NCBI GenBank assembly: GCA_963714275.1
Contig: CAVQNT010000002.1
Span: forward strand, 896,001-960,000
Direction of reading: 5' to 3'
Origin: Candidatus Bathyarchaeota archaeon
Lineage (GTDB): Archaea; Thermoproteota; Bathyarchaeia; Bathyarchaeales; DTEX01
DNA: 64,000 nt
Part shown: positions 44,067 through 55,261 of the stretch, in pieces
How positions within the stretch are numbered: the first letter of the stretch is position 1
Layout of the letters: every line of letters starts with the position of its first letter
Position numbers and translations under genes: made by a program
Notes under the pieces: model-generated
Databases searched by the model: none
Told to the model about the DNA's origin: nothing
Seen by the model: the letters and a program-made list of their open reading frames with translations, nothing else

Positions 44067-44839
44067 GTGAAACATAGTATGTTGGGGGCTCAGTTGTATA
44101 CTGTAAGGAAATTTACCCAGACAATTCCAGATATAGCTGAAACTTTGAGGAAGATAGCGGATATTGGTTATAAAACAATTCAAATTAGTGCCTTAGGTCC
44201 AGTGGATCTAAAAAAGGTACTAAACTAGTTGAAGATAATAAACTATTAGTGGTAGGTACGCATACAGATTGGGATCGCCTTTTAAATAAACTTGACGATG
44301 TAATCGCTGAATATAAAATGTGGGGATGCTCTCACGCAGTTATAGGCGGACTTTTTGACCCTAAATACTGCAGTCTAAAAGGCCTCAAGCAATTCATGAG
44401 TGAACTGGGTCCTGTTTCTGAGAAACTGGCAAAAGAAGGCATCGATTTCTCTTACCACAATCACAATCACGAGTTGATGCGATACGGCAAAAAGACCTGG
44501 CTAGAAATGCTTTACGAACAGGTATCTCCTGAAGTGCTTAAGGCTGAGATTGACGTTTACTGGATTCAAGCTGGAGGTGGCGATCCAACGGTTTGGGTAA
44601 GGAAATGTGCGGGACGAGAACCTTTGTTGCATTTAAAGGACATGACAGTAGGACCAGGTAGACAGCAACGTTTTGCCGAGATAGGTGAAGGTAATATGAA
44701 TTGGCCAACAATTATACAGGCTGCGAAGGAAAGTGGCGTAGAATGGTATATAGTCGAACAGGATGAATGCTATGAACGAGATCCATTTGAGTCGCTGGCA
44801 ATTAGTTACCATAATCTTCAATCAATGGGCTTAAACTGA
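44067..44839 (+). CDS. Sugar phosphate isomerase/epimerase, frameshift near 44215
   Basis: GAQLYTVR upstream of the ORF; YHNH, EIDVYW, HLKD, IVEQD. Confidence 0.85.
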
Positions 44840-45050
44840 AACCATGATGACACTCACAATGCTACTGTAATCCATTTTTCACTGTTCACTCATCAGTTCC
44901 ACGGACAGAAGACGTTTTATAGGACGATTTATGTCTCATGGTTCTAATAGAGAAGTATGCAGAGAACGGCGTTTTATTTTTCCAGTCTAGCTCACTGCTG
45001 AGATTTTTAGGTGAAATCTCTTAAAGGGCAGAAATATAGCTGAACTAGAG

Positions 45051-45623
45051 GTGTTGAACTTGAAGAAAATCATAACTTCCTATCGTGTTATCTTTCCGAC
45101 ACCGGCAGCTCTGATAACTTCTGCTGATATTGATGGTAAACCAAATGTGGCGACAACTGGCGAAGTGTTTATGATCTCTCTTCGTCCATTGATAATTGCT
45201 GTGGGTTTTAGACGTGCTACATATACCAATGAATTGGTACATGCAACAAAAGAGTTTGTGGTCAATCTTCCCAGAAAAGAAATTTTAGGAGCAGTTGACT
45301 ATTGTGGGTGCGTCTCTGGACGAAACGTAGATAAATTTGGGATAACAGGACTCACGGCTTTACCAGCTAAACATGTTAAGCCTCCGCTCATAAAGGAGTG
45401 CCCTGTAAACATTGAATGTAAAGTTCGAGATGTGATAAATCTGGGATGCATGGATCGTGATATTTTTGCTGGCGATACTTTGGCAATTCATGTAGATGAA
45501 GAGATAATAGGTGAAGATGGTTTACCTGATCTGACAAAGTTCAGTGCAATAGCGTTTGCATCATCAAAATATTATCAGGTCGCACAGTTCCTAGAACATG
45601 TTGGATTCAGCATTAAAAAATAG
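45051..45623 (+). CDS. Flavin reductase family protein
   Basis: EFVVNLP, SGR.VDKF, PPLI.ECP..IEC. Confidence 0.88.
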   Translation: MLNLKKIITSYRVIFPTPAALITSADIDGKPNVATTGEVFMISLRPLIIAVGFRRATYTNELVHATKEFVVNLPRKEILGAVDYCGCVSGRNVDKFGITGLTALPAKHVKPPLIKECPVNIECKVRDVINLGCMDRDIFAGDTLAIHVDEEIIGEDGLPDLTKFSAIAFASSKYYQVAQFLEHVGFSIKK

Positions 45624-45771
45624 GGGATACGTAGGGCATCCATTTTTATATGAAAGACTTATGTGGTCATTCATTTTACTCATAGAAAAGTATATTTTAT
45701 GTTGATTTTTTGTGAATTGAAATTGGTAACTTTTTAATACTTTTTGTCACTTTTTGTTACTGGTGTTAATT

Positions 45772-45918
45772 ATGGAACAGTTTGTTGTGAGGGTTTTTCA
45801 AGGTGGAAAGGTTACTATTCCTAAGCGTTTGAGGGAGTTGTTTGAAGTTGAGGATGGGGATTATGTTAGGCTTACGTTGGTTGAGGTTATTAAGCCAAGG
45901 GTGAAGGGGAAGGCTTAA
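45772..45918 (+). CDS. AbrB-like protein (48 aa, not in ORF track)
   Basis: MEQFVVRVFQGGKVTIPKRLRELFEVEDGDYV. Confidence 0.75.
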   Translation: MEQFVVRVFQGGKVTIPKRLRELFEVEDGDYVRLTLVEVIKPRVKGKA

Positions 45919-46004
45919 ACATTTTATATGCTGTCCCCCTCCCTTGTTTTTCACATATGTTTTAAAAGGTAATTTGTGTGATTCTGGATTTTTGAGGTTC
46001 CTGA

Positions 46005-46565
46005 TTGAGCGCTTTGAAGCATGGTTTATTCAGAATTGGGTTTATGCTTTGTGATCGTTGCGTTTTAAATGGTGAATGCGAGAAGTTTCAGCCTAAAGCT
46101 CAGTGTTTGTTTGAGAAAGAGCTTTTATAAAGGTTGTTTCTGAGCTGACAGAAGAGTTTGAGCTTGAAAGCATAGACTGACAGAATTCTGTTAGAAAGGG
46201 TTGCGATGTACCTGATTCGCATTGCTAGAGCTGAAGTTTATGAAGCTTCCGTAGGAGTCAGTGAAAAATCTGTTATTTGGGGAGCCTACATTGGTCGCCT
46301 AGATAACACATTAATGAGCATTCTTAACGATTTGGCCTTAACAAGAAGCAAACGCAAACAGCTAGACAAAAATGATGCTTTACTTGTAAGCGTAGATGAA
46401 GTGCTCAAAAAGTTTGCGAAAGCTGAGGGTCAAACGAAAAAGCGTGAGGGGGTTGCTGAAAAAAGGCGGGTTGATTTGGCTTCAAGAAAGGCTTTGCTGT
46501 CAAGCTGGAGAGTGGAGTGTAGGAAGCTTCGGTTAATTGTTCGCAGGGGAGAAAGAGTTGGTTAA
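46005..46565 (+). pseudogene. Hypothetical protein with ALKHG and Cys cluster, frameshifted
   Basis: ALKHGLF..CDRC....C...C upstream of ORF 46206. Confidence 0.45.
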
Positions 46566-47037
46566 AAAAAGTAGGAGAAAAATTCCTAGAAATGCGTTAG
46601 AGCCGTTGATGCAAACATGCGAATGGATAAGTTGGGAGACGAAAAAGAAGCCTTCCGAGATTTTCAAGTATTTTCTGAGCCTGATGAGTAAATATGAGGA
46701 TTATTTTTACAGTCAGCCTTGGCCAAAAAATTATGACCATGAGAAAGCTACTAGTTTTACTGATGAAGACTTGGACTTTTTAGAAACTGAAAATGACTTC
46801 GACGAGAGACTTACAACTGTTGCCCTCAAAAAAAACATATATTTTCAGGGGTTTATGGGATACTTCGGCATGGTCTGGACGCGGAAGGCTTTTCATAAAC
46901 AGTTTATTAGGCCTCTTTATAAGCCTATTTTGGAAGCTTTCGAAAGCCGTATGCAAGAAAGTAATGATGCCCAGACTGTTGTGAACAAATTAAAAGAGGA
47001 CTATAGTATTCAGTTGATTCACGACAGTCTTAGTTGA
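46558..47037 (+). CDS. Hypothetical protein
   Basis: ORF overlapping the upstream stop. Confidence 0.55.
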   Translation: MVKKSRRKIPRNALEPLMQTCEWISWETKKKPSEIFKYFLSLMSKYEDYFYSQPWPKNYDHEKATSFTDEDLDFLETENDFDERLTTVALKKNIYFQGFMGYFGMVWTRKAFHKQFIRPLYKPILEAFESRMQESNDAQTVVNKLKEDYSIQLIHDSLS

Positions 47038-48183
47038 TCTATTTGATTATGAGTATCCAGACACGCCTAAGAGAAAGTTGATTAACGAAATATGTGAATA
47101 CCTACATACAGTTGAAGGACTACCATCATGCAGAGACGCTACATGCAAATGGTACTATAAACAAAAGTATCCGCAGACAAAAACCAATAATGGATAAACA
47201 AATTGAGGCTATATCTAAGGTCGTGCCCAGGCCTGTCTTCAACGAACGATAATAGATTATCTGGCTTATTTGAGATTCTAAGAATCTTTGACAATCTAGC
47301 TCACTCTTTAGTTTATGAGAGGCTACTTTGAGGTCTGCAATGTTCTATAAGAATATTACATGTTATTTTAATTATTGATCTGAACTTTAATCTGAAGCCA
47401 AATAGGTGTCTCTTTATAATTGGATTTATCTTCGACATCAAAAGAAGAGGAGGAAGACAAAGGGTTCTTTTAGGAAGTTGAGAAAGTGAGACTTTTACCC
47501 AGAATAACTAATTAACTAAAATATGTCTAGTATTTAGTTATATAATTTTGTTTCACAACACTTTTACTAATAAAAAAATATATAAAAAAAGATTTAAAAT
47601 GACTGAAAAGCCAGAAAAACAAGCCAGATACGAGACGGATCATCATAAGCGAGAGCTAATTTCTCTTATTGAAAAGCTTAACAAGAAAGCTGAACTCCAA
47701 CAAATAACAAAGAAAAATGACCTGTCAGAAGAGGAACATATTAGCTCACTAAGTTTTTTATTTCTTTCTCGTGTTCTTCAGCTATTTTGCAAGCTTCCTT
47801 GTATTCAGCACAGAGCTTATCAGTTTTTCCTCTTTCAAGAATAACTTTAGGCTTGTCTTTCCCATTTTTACTACTTATCCTTAATGTCACCATCCCTTCT
47901 TTCATCCGATAAACTCCGTACCGTATACATTCGTATTGACTGAACAGCAACTTTGTTATTGTCTTCCATCTGAGATAACGGTTAAAGCTAACTCACTAAT
48001 TCCCACTGGTAGCATCCAGCACAATTAAGTGGTATATCTTGTGAAGTCAGCTTATCTCTAAGGAACATGTCTCCATAAGCTTTGCCATACAGTTTCCCTG
48101 TCTTCTCGTAATAATCCCATTTCACATCAACTTCCTTAACTAGGAAGTAAGTTGTGAGGTGCCACGAAAACTGCCTAACCTTA

Positions 48184-48215
48184 TGTGTGAATTAAAATTT
48201 AATCCCAAACCCAAA
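48184..48215. repeat. Palindromic core without TTTTTC-type TIR (empty target or cassette junction)
   Basis: TGTGTG-AATTAAAATTTAATC-CCAAACCCAAA closely matches the reverse complement of the reconstructed pre-insertion site. Confidence 0.75.
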
Positions 48216-48246
48216 AAATAACTAACTAACGCGCGTTCTGTTTATT

Positions 48247-49128
48247 TCATGGGGGAGTCACGGTTACACTGAATGTCCAGATACCAATAGAATTTCTAAA
48301 CCAATAAGCATCAACGTTGACAACACCAAGTTCAAAAACAAAATATCCATCTTTTGGAATTGTAAACCTCGGCGGATCATCCAAGCTGATTTGTTCACAT
48401 GCGATATCACCTAGTTCGCTACCATTATTCAAAAATACGTAATTGTATCTCAGATACCATCCTTCTGTTACATCAGAAGGATAATCAAGAAGTCTCAAAA
48501 CAACAACATCTCCCTTTCTCAATTGGATACTTTGATTGAGGCTGTCAATTATGTGCATAGCGCTCCCTCGTATGTACCACTCATTTTGAAATTTGGCAAG
48601 CGCGTTTGCTTCAATTGGGGGATTGTATTCAATTTCTATTTTGAAGGTCTGTTTCAGTTTACCAAGTTTCTGAAAGTGGTCAAGAATCCTCGAATCGTTT
48701 CTAGGGTCTACGCCCTTAAAAAAATCTGAGGAAGGATACCCTTTTTCCAGCTTTATTGTACTGTCAGTTGTATTGACAAAAGTTTCTATAACTATTCCAT
48801 GATATGAAACAGATGAAATTGGAGTCCAAAAGGATCCATTATAAATCTCTTGGTTGCCTATTTTCAAAACAAAAGGCTCCCCATGGATTACACTTTCCAC
48901 TTTCAATGCTTGTATTTTCTTGACTCCTTCTTCAGTGAGTTTGATTTCGTGACTGCTTTTGTTATACCACACGATTTCGTCATCGGATATTACTAGTTCA
49001 TTGTTCTTCAGAAGGTAAATCCCAAATCCCTCACTCGAGAATCTGAGTTGATTAGTTAGGTAGAATCCTCCAGCGACTACAAGAACTGCAACTATTAGAA
49101 TGACCAATGAGATTTTGATTGTTTCCAT
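48247..49128 (-). CDS. Membrane-anchored secreted protein
   Basis: N-terminal TM, 293-aa ORF. Confidence 0.7.
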   Translation of the reverse strand: METIKISLVILIVAVLVVAGGFYLTNQLRFSSEGFGIYLLKNNELVISDDEIVWYNKSSHEIKLTEEGVKKIQALKVESVIHGEPFVLKIGNQEIYNGSFWTPISSVSYHGIVIETFVNTTDSTIKLEKGYPSSDFFKGVDPRNDSRILDHFQKLGKLKQTFKIEIEYNPPIEANALAKFQNEWYIRGSAMHIIDSLNQSIQLRKGDVVVLRLLDYPSDVTEGWYLRYNYVFLNNGSELGDIACEQISLDDPPRFTIPKDGYFVFELGVVNVDAYWFRNSIGIWTFSVTVTPP

Positions 49129-49414
49129 AATAGAGCTGCTCCTAAACCTTCTCTTATCTGTTTGGATTTAATTATTAAATTCAAGATAAAGGTGAAGTAG
49201 TAGAGTTGATTTTCAAGTTATAATTGCGATAGAATATGTCCTGCTGGCGCCATCAAACACCAGTCTAAGAAAAAAAACTCGAAATAATCAGAAATCTGCG
49301 AAAGAAATAGCAGAATGCGCGTTTGATTGACTGTTCGACCATTTGAGTGATTGATTGAGATTGATAGATAGAGATTGATAGAGAAAGAGAGAGAGTATAT
49401 ATAAGTGAGAAAGG

Positions 49415-49436
49415 TTGGGTTGGGATTAAAATTATC
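49415..49436. repeat. Degenerate core copy
   Basis: TTGGGTTGG-GATTAAAATTATC. Confidence 0.5.
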
Positions 49437-49499
49437 TTCGAATATAGTTTTATACAGTTTGTAGATTCCAATAGATAAAGGAGAAATCAGCTATCAGAA

Positions 49500-50171
49500 G
49501 TGGTTCAGATGAACATTGACGTTTTTCGGGATAAACTTAGCTCTCAATTAGGAGAAAACCTCAAATGTTTAGTTCATATGGGTAGTCGTGTTAGAGGAGA
49601 GGCAAGGGTTGACAGCGACTACGACTTCGCATTGATCGTTCACAACATAAACAGAAAAGTCTTGGATGAAATTAGAAATGTCTTCTCAGATTACCAAAAT
49701 GTTTCAGTCTATATTCTCGAAGAACAGGAATTAAGGCGTCTCCCAAAAGCCTTGTGCGCCACAAATTTGCAGTTTATCTACTCTAGGGTGGTCTATGGTG
49801 AATGCTATTTCCCAAAGCCGAGTACGGAGGACATCGACACCTACATTGGCATCATGAGGAGCGACGAGATTTTCGCTATTCGACATTATCTTACTCTCTC
49901 TCACGATTTGAGTAGATTAGTTGAAATAATTGGAATGCGACTAAAGATGGTGTACTTCTGTCTAACATATCTCATCTACAAGGAGACAGGCGTTCTCTCA
50001 AGAACAAGACTCGAGGCGATGGACTACCTTAAGAAGAAAAGCTCCCAGAGACTCGGGGTTGCTCTTCTTGAGATTTTGGAGAATTGGCAATCTATAGAAA
50101 CTTCGGCAGCTGAGAGAGTACGCGAGTATCTTCACATGTTGGAGGAGTTCTGGCGTACCCTTGAAGCATAG
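49500..50171 (+). CDS. Nucleotidyltransferase (MNT-like) with helical C-terminal domain
   Basis: GSRVRG....SDYD. Confidence 0.8.
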   Translation: MVQMNIDVFRDKLSSQLGENLKCLVHMGSRVRGEARVDSDYDFALIVHNINRKVLDEIRNVFSDYQNVSVYILEEQELRRLPKALCATNLQFIYSRVVYGECYFPKPSTEDIDTYIGIMRSDEIFAIRHYLTLSHDLSRLVEIIGMRLKMVYFCLTYLIYKETGVLSRTRLEAMDYLKKKSSQRLGVALLEILENWQSIETSAAERVREYLHMLEEFWRTLEA

Positions 50172-50281
50172 AATCTGGAGGAAAAAACATAGGGCTAGCT
50201 AGATGTGTTTGTTTATTTGTTTTTGTTTGTTTAGCCTTGTATTGGTAAGTATGAGTATTGGAGTATAGGGGCGTAAGTAAG

Positions 50282-50400
50282 TTTGGGTTTGGGATTAAAA
50301 TTTAATCTTTTTCTCTCTCTCTCTCTTATTTTATTTCTTATCCACGTTACAATGTATCCCATGTATCGTGTGTATCGTATATCACACAAAAAAACTAGAA
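50282..50400. repeat. Core (50293-50307) plus TIR-like terminus of a second, decayed element
   Basis: TTTGGGTTTGG-GATTAAAATTTAATC-TTTTTCTCTC. Confidence 0.8.
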
Positions 50401-50423
50401 AAAAATACGAGGGAAGCCTAGGG

Positions 50424-50690
50424 TTACTTCACCAATCCTTCGCCACGCATCTTAACCCAAAATTTATCTGCTTTGTGTCTAATATTCACTGGTCTGCAAA
50501 CAATACCCTTTTCCTTCAAAAACTGAAGGGCTTTTCTCCCAAGACCCTTTCTTTGAGGAGAAGAATGCATACCAAGTATCTTCAATCCGTCTTCATCCTC
50601 CCGAAGTGCAATTCGGACTTTCCCTTCAGTGAACTTGAAGTCAATGGTACAAGAGACTACGGGTTCAACGCGCGCTTTCATGGTAACCAC
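50424..50690 (-). CDS. Small GNAT-like protein
   Basis: QRKGLGR, A..FW.K. Confidence 0.5.
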   Translation of the reverse strand: MVTMKARVEPVVSCTIDFKFTEGKVRIALREDEDGLKILGMHSSPQRKGLGRKALQFLKEKGIVCRPVNIRHKADKFWVKMRGEGLVK

Positions 50691-50708
50691 ATTATCAATA
50701 TTGTTAGG

Positions 50709-51050
50709 TTAGGCTATTATCCTTTCCACTTCAAAACATAATAGAATGTCACCAAGAAAACTGACAGAAGCTATTGATGCTGAAAGAATTGATATTATAA
50801 CACCAAATAATTCGAGATGTTGCGGGTCATACTCTTCTATAGCCACAATAATTATTCCTAAAAGAATAAAGATCTCGGCAATCACGCCAAGAGAAATTCC
50901 AACCTTGTATCCTCTGTTACGATCTACCATTTTTTCGCACACCTTACTATCGAATAGAACCAGCGATATAAAAAATTTACGTGAGGGGAAGTACAACTTG
51001 AATATGTCTCTCAAAACTTTTAGAATTTGCGGTGTTTCCAATGCCTTCAA
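50709..51050 (-). CDS. Small membrane protein
   Basis: Two TM segments. Confidence 0.4.
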   Translation of the reverse strand: MKALETPQILKVLRDIFKLYFPSRKFFISLVLFDSKVCEKMVDRNRGYKVGISLGVIAEIFILLGIIIVAIEEYDPQHLELFGVIISILSASIASVSFLGDILLCFEVERIIA

Positions 51051-51159
51051 TATCTACTATCTATCTGATGACGAGATTTTTCGTTTACACAATGGTCCTT
51101 GATCTATTGAACAAGCACAACCAATAACTATGGAAGCATATTCTTCTCTCTTGCAGAAT

Positions 51160-51375
51160 TCATTGTTCAGGCTTCCGAATGAACCTTCCCGACTTTTTGT
51201 CTCTGTATCTTATCTGAAATTTACCGTGAACCGTAACCCGTTCAATCCGCCACGTCTGAGCTTCTTGCTCAGCAAACTTCAAACGAGCCTGACGTTCAGT
51301 GTATACGCATAAGAACTTTTTCGGGAACAGGAATGCCGATTTTTTCAGCCTTACTTTCAAAGCCAAATTTTCCAT
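51160..51375 (-). pseudogene. Truncated homolog of element gene 37008..37361
   Basis: TWRIERVTVHGKFQIRYRDKKSGRFIRKPE vs TWRFEKVTVKGKSQPRYRDLETGRFIKKPE. Confidence 0.8.
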
Positions 51376-51498
51376 AATAGCGTCACTTGCTTTCTTTTAT
51401 TAGTCTTTTACTGGAAGTCCGCGGATTTCATTGAATATTTAGAAGATATCCAAAACGGAGAAAAACAGGTCTGTTAAGTAAATCGTGCGCGCTTCTCT

Positions 51499-52584
51499 TT
51501 AAGGAAACTTTTTTCTCCTCTTTCTTAATATGAACAGAGCAGTCTTTGAGACGTATCCGTAAAGAATTGCTATTATTAGAATAGCGGAGAACGCGACAAA
51601 GGTTGTTGAAGAACTCTGAAGCCATGGGTATCCACTTGCGATACCTATAAAATGGCTAATCTGACCGTGCAGGACGAGGCTCAGCAAGATTAAAATGGCT
51701 CCTTCAATGGGATACTGAAGGATTTCAAGCTTCGGCTTTTCTTCGAGCAGAATTTTCTCGATAACGCTTATAACCGAGAGTAATCCCGCTCCGATCAAGA
51801 GCATAAAGGTTAAGGTCTCCGCAAAGGTCGCTCTGGCTTGAAGCACTGCAGGCACTTGGATAGTAGAGGTGAAGGATATAGCGAACAGAAATAGTGTTAG
51901 GCACACCGTGAGTCGTTGTTCAAGTTTGTCCGGTTTGATCAAGGGCAAACTGCCCAGCAGAAAGAATGAAATGAAGAGCACTGACAAAATTAGTTGGCTT
52001 GAGAACCATCTTTGAAGAAACATTTTTGTGTTAAGTTGAACAGTTTGAAAACCTTCTTTCCAATATGGCGCTATGACATCAAACCTTTCTTCAGGCGTTC
52101 CAGTCCCTTTGTATTCATCCAAGCCGGGTATCAAGCATATTATGCCAACTTTTGTGTTGTTGTAATTGATTAGGTCAAGTGGAAGATTAACAATGAACGT
52201 GAAGTTCAGCATATATCCGTCCATTGGGTAGAATTCAGTGTTTCCCTTCGGGTGGAAAGTCATTGTCTTGATCCCCCTATAGGTGTGACCGATAGGGTCG
52301 ACGACCTGCATTTCGAGTTGGTTATACTCTTCTCCATATTCTTGCGTTTGCAGCACAGACACCCTTAGATTGGGTTCAGTCAAGTTATATGGCATGTTCA
52401 TGAACTCAATTTGGACTTCCGCCGTTATTTCCTGCATCTCCATCCGTCTCAGCAAAACCGTGAACGAGAAAAAGTGTCCTTCTTTCTGCTGAACAGGCTG
52501 GGAAACACAGTTTGAAGTGCCTACGACGAATGTTTCTACTAATATAAGTATTAAGGAAAAAATAACCGCATGTTTGGAATTCAT
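51499..52584 (-). CDS. Membrane protein with extracellular domain and C-terminal TM bundle
   Basis: YPMD.Y motif, about 5 TM. Confidence 0.7.
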   Translation of the reverse strand: MNSKHAVIFSLILILVETFVVGTSNCVSQPVQQKEGHFFSFTVLLRRMEMQEITAEVQIEFMNMPYNLTEPNLRVSVLQTQEYGEEYNQLEMQVVDPIGHTYRGIKTMTFHPKGNTEFYPMDGYMLNFTFIVNLPLDLINYNNTKVGIICLIPGLDEYKGTGTPEERFDVIAPYWKEGFQTVQLNTKMFLQRWFSSQLILSVLFISFFLLGSLPLIKPDKLEQRLTVCLTLFLFAISFTSTIQVPAVLQARATFAETLTFMLLIGAGLLSVISVIEKILLEEKPKLEILQYPIEGAILILLSLVLHGQISHFIGIASGYPWLQSSSTTFVAFSAILIIAILYGYVSKTALFILRKRRKKFP

Positions 52585-52644
52585 GTTAGATAGTTCAACG
52601 ATTAAACTTAAGTATTATTATAACGCGCGTTCTGTGTATGTTTT

Positions 52645-53608
52645 TCATGTTTTTGTGTGTATTAAAAGTTTATGTAACTCTTCCCCGAAACCTTTTATTT
52701 GAACGAGGGTTCCTAGGCAGGTTGCTTCGTTTGAAAGATCTTTGAAGCACTTTGAGCATTGAGATATCTTTTTGAAGTTAAGGTTTCTCAACTTGTTCAT
52801 TAACTTGGATTGGTTGTAGATTGAATATAGCCGTTTTTCTCTCACGTTTCCTATGCAGAACTCTTTGAAGGCAAGTAAATGGCAAGGATAGACTGACCCT
52901 TCAGGATAGACGGTGAGAAACTTTCCTACGCCGCAGTTGAATTTATCCTTTGTCTCGCGCTTTAAATATAGCCCAAATGTTTCATACCAGAACTCCCCTA
53001 CAGTCCTTTCTACCTCTTCTGGGTTACATACAATTTTTTGATCTCTAGCCTTTCCTGCAAGCCTCAAAGGGGAGACATGGATCTTAAGGATCCCATTTCT
53101 GATCATGAAGTGCATAAAGTCTTTCAGATGTGGGAGGTTCAAGGAAGTAACAGTGATGAATGCCACAGGGTCTCCTCCAGCCTTCAGTATGTATCTAAAG
53201 GCATTTATTGCCCCCTCAAATGTTCCTTTGCCTCTTAATTTTTCGTTGACTTCTTCAAAGCCATCGATACTTATCCTTATCTCGTGAAAACTGTGAACCA
53301 GGTCACTTGCATTCTCTTCTTTTATCAAAGTGCCGTTCGTCGTCAAACACAGACTTTATGTCGTTTCCCGCATTCTTAAGTGATTGGGCAAGTTCCAGAA
53401 TGTCATTTCTGAGTAAAGGTTCGCCACCTGTGAAGATGATTCTCCTCGGGTTAAGCAGAGAGGCATCCCTGAGAACTGGAAACATCTCCTCTGTCGAGAG
53501 CTCTTTCTCGAAGGGCTCTCCAGCTGAGAAATAACAATAAACGCAGCGGAGATTGCAAGCCTTCGTGACATGAAGATAAACCGTGTCTAATGACCTGATA
53601 ACTTCCAC
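52645..53608 (-). CDS. Radical SAM/SPASM-type protein, frameshift near 53345
   Basis: CNLRCVYC, GGEP, TNG, SIDG, CG.G...G.VYPC, C..C. Confidence 0.88.
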
Positions 53609-55261
53609 GCCTCCTCGCTGAGGAATGCGGCGGGATCGTAAGGTGGATTCCCTCTACGTTTCAACTCGTTTGTCGCTATTTCCCTCTGAGACTCAAAACT
53701 TAGGTTGCCTTCGTCAAAAAAACTGCAAGACCAAGAAATTGTCACCTTAATATCTCTTCTCTGTGATATTTTATGCAAAATATTACTTGAGATCTGTGTA
53801 GGAATATTACAGAGTTCAAGAATTGCCTCCTTGTTCTCTTTCAAATCATAGTGGTAAGTTCCAGAGTCTTTACCTGTATCAATACGATCGGGTTTTTTGA
53901 TTCTTGGTACTTTAAGTATTAGAGCAGTATAGTCGCCAAAAAGAGTTCTCATTTTATCATACCAATCGCTAAAGAATCTATCAATGTTAGCCCATAAAGG
54001 ATATGGAAATTCAGAAAACAACCAATCTATAATTGCCTCTGCGCTTCGTAAGTCTCCTATTTTTCCAAGAGCAAATGCTACTGCTTGTCGAGTCCTCCAA
54101 TATTCCTCCCAAAGGTCCTCCTCTCCTTCTCTTGGTTTCCTTAGAACCTCAATGAGCGGTTCTACTGCTCTCGCATCGCCTATGTCTACAAGAATGCTTA
54201 TTGCTTCCAACCTGAGATCTTTATACTTTAAGGCTTGAATAAGTGGTTCAACAGCCGGCTTCCCTGTAATCTTAGTAAGGGCTCTATTCATTGTATCTAT
54301 GAAAATGCCTTTTTCGTAAGGCATAACTTGAATAATAGGTTCTATGGCTCTTGCATCTCCTATCTCCCCAAGGACCTCTGTTGCTTCCCTTCGAAAATTG
54401 CTGTATCTTAGGGCTTGGATGAGGGGTTCAACAGCTGGCTTTCCCAGTTCAGCCAGTAGTTCCCATTGCTTTTTCATAATTAGGTAATACGCTCTCTCCG
54501 TAGCGTCTTGTGGCTTCCAACCTATTTTATCGAGAGCTGCCTCTACATACCCTAAGGTTTCGATGGGTCGTATCGCCGGGTCACCTTCCTTAAATGTTTG
54601 AATAAGAGCTATCGCTGGTTTTCCAATTTTAACTCCTATCTTAACTAGAGCATCTATTACTACAAATCTTATTAATTTAAGGTGCTCAAGAGCCAAAATA
54701 AAATCTTCTTTCTTTAGTGAACGTGTGTCTCCCAAGGTTTTACTAAGGGATTCTACCGCTCTCGGATCACCCATCTCTCCAAGACCCTCAGCAGCCTTTT
54801 TCCGAACCTCCCAATTTTCGTCTTCTAGAGCTTGTATGAGGTAATCTACAGCCCTTTCGTCCCCTATCCTGCTGAGGGCATTCACAGTCAACAATCTGAC
54901 AATAGCAGATTTATTCCCCAAGGCTTGAATTAAAGCCTCAAAAGTCTGGTTTTCCGATTTTAGCAAGAGCTGAGGCTGCCTCTTTTGCAGCGATGTCGTC
55001 CCGCCTTAAAACATCAGCAAGTGGTTCTATGGCTTGCGTGTTGCCTATCTCACCAAGAGCAGTTGCAGCAATTATTCGTAAACGAGGATTTTCACCTTTT
55101 AGGATTTTAATGAGGTGCTCAACTGAGGGCTCTCCTATCCTGACAAGTGCTCTAGTTGCCGCACCTACTATTTCCAGATCCTTATATTCTAAAGCTTTTA
55201 CTAGACCATTAACATCTTTTGCCTTTTCCATCTTTTCAACATTAGGCTTGAATAACCACAT
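53587..55261 (-). CDS. HEAT (PBS lyase) repeat protein, frameshift near 54945
   Basis: Repeated A..ALG.IGD.RAVEPLI.AL. Confidence 0.88.

Noticed and set aside
46005-47200. Provirus packaging module (ALKHG motif resembling terminase small subunits)
   Set aside because: No large terminase, portal or capsid gene nearby; the motif alone is insufficient.
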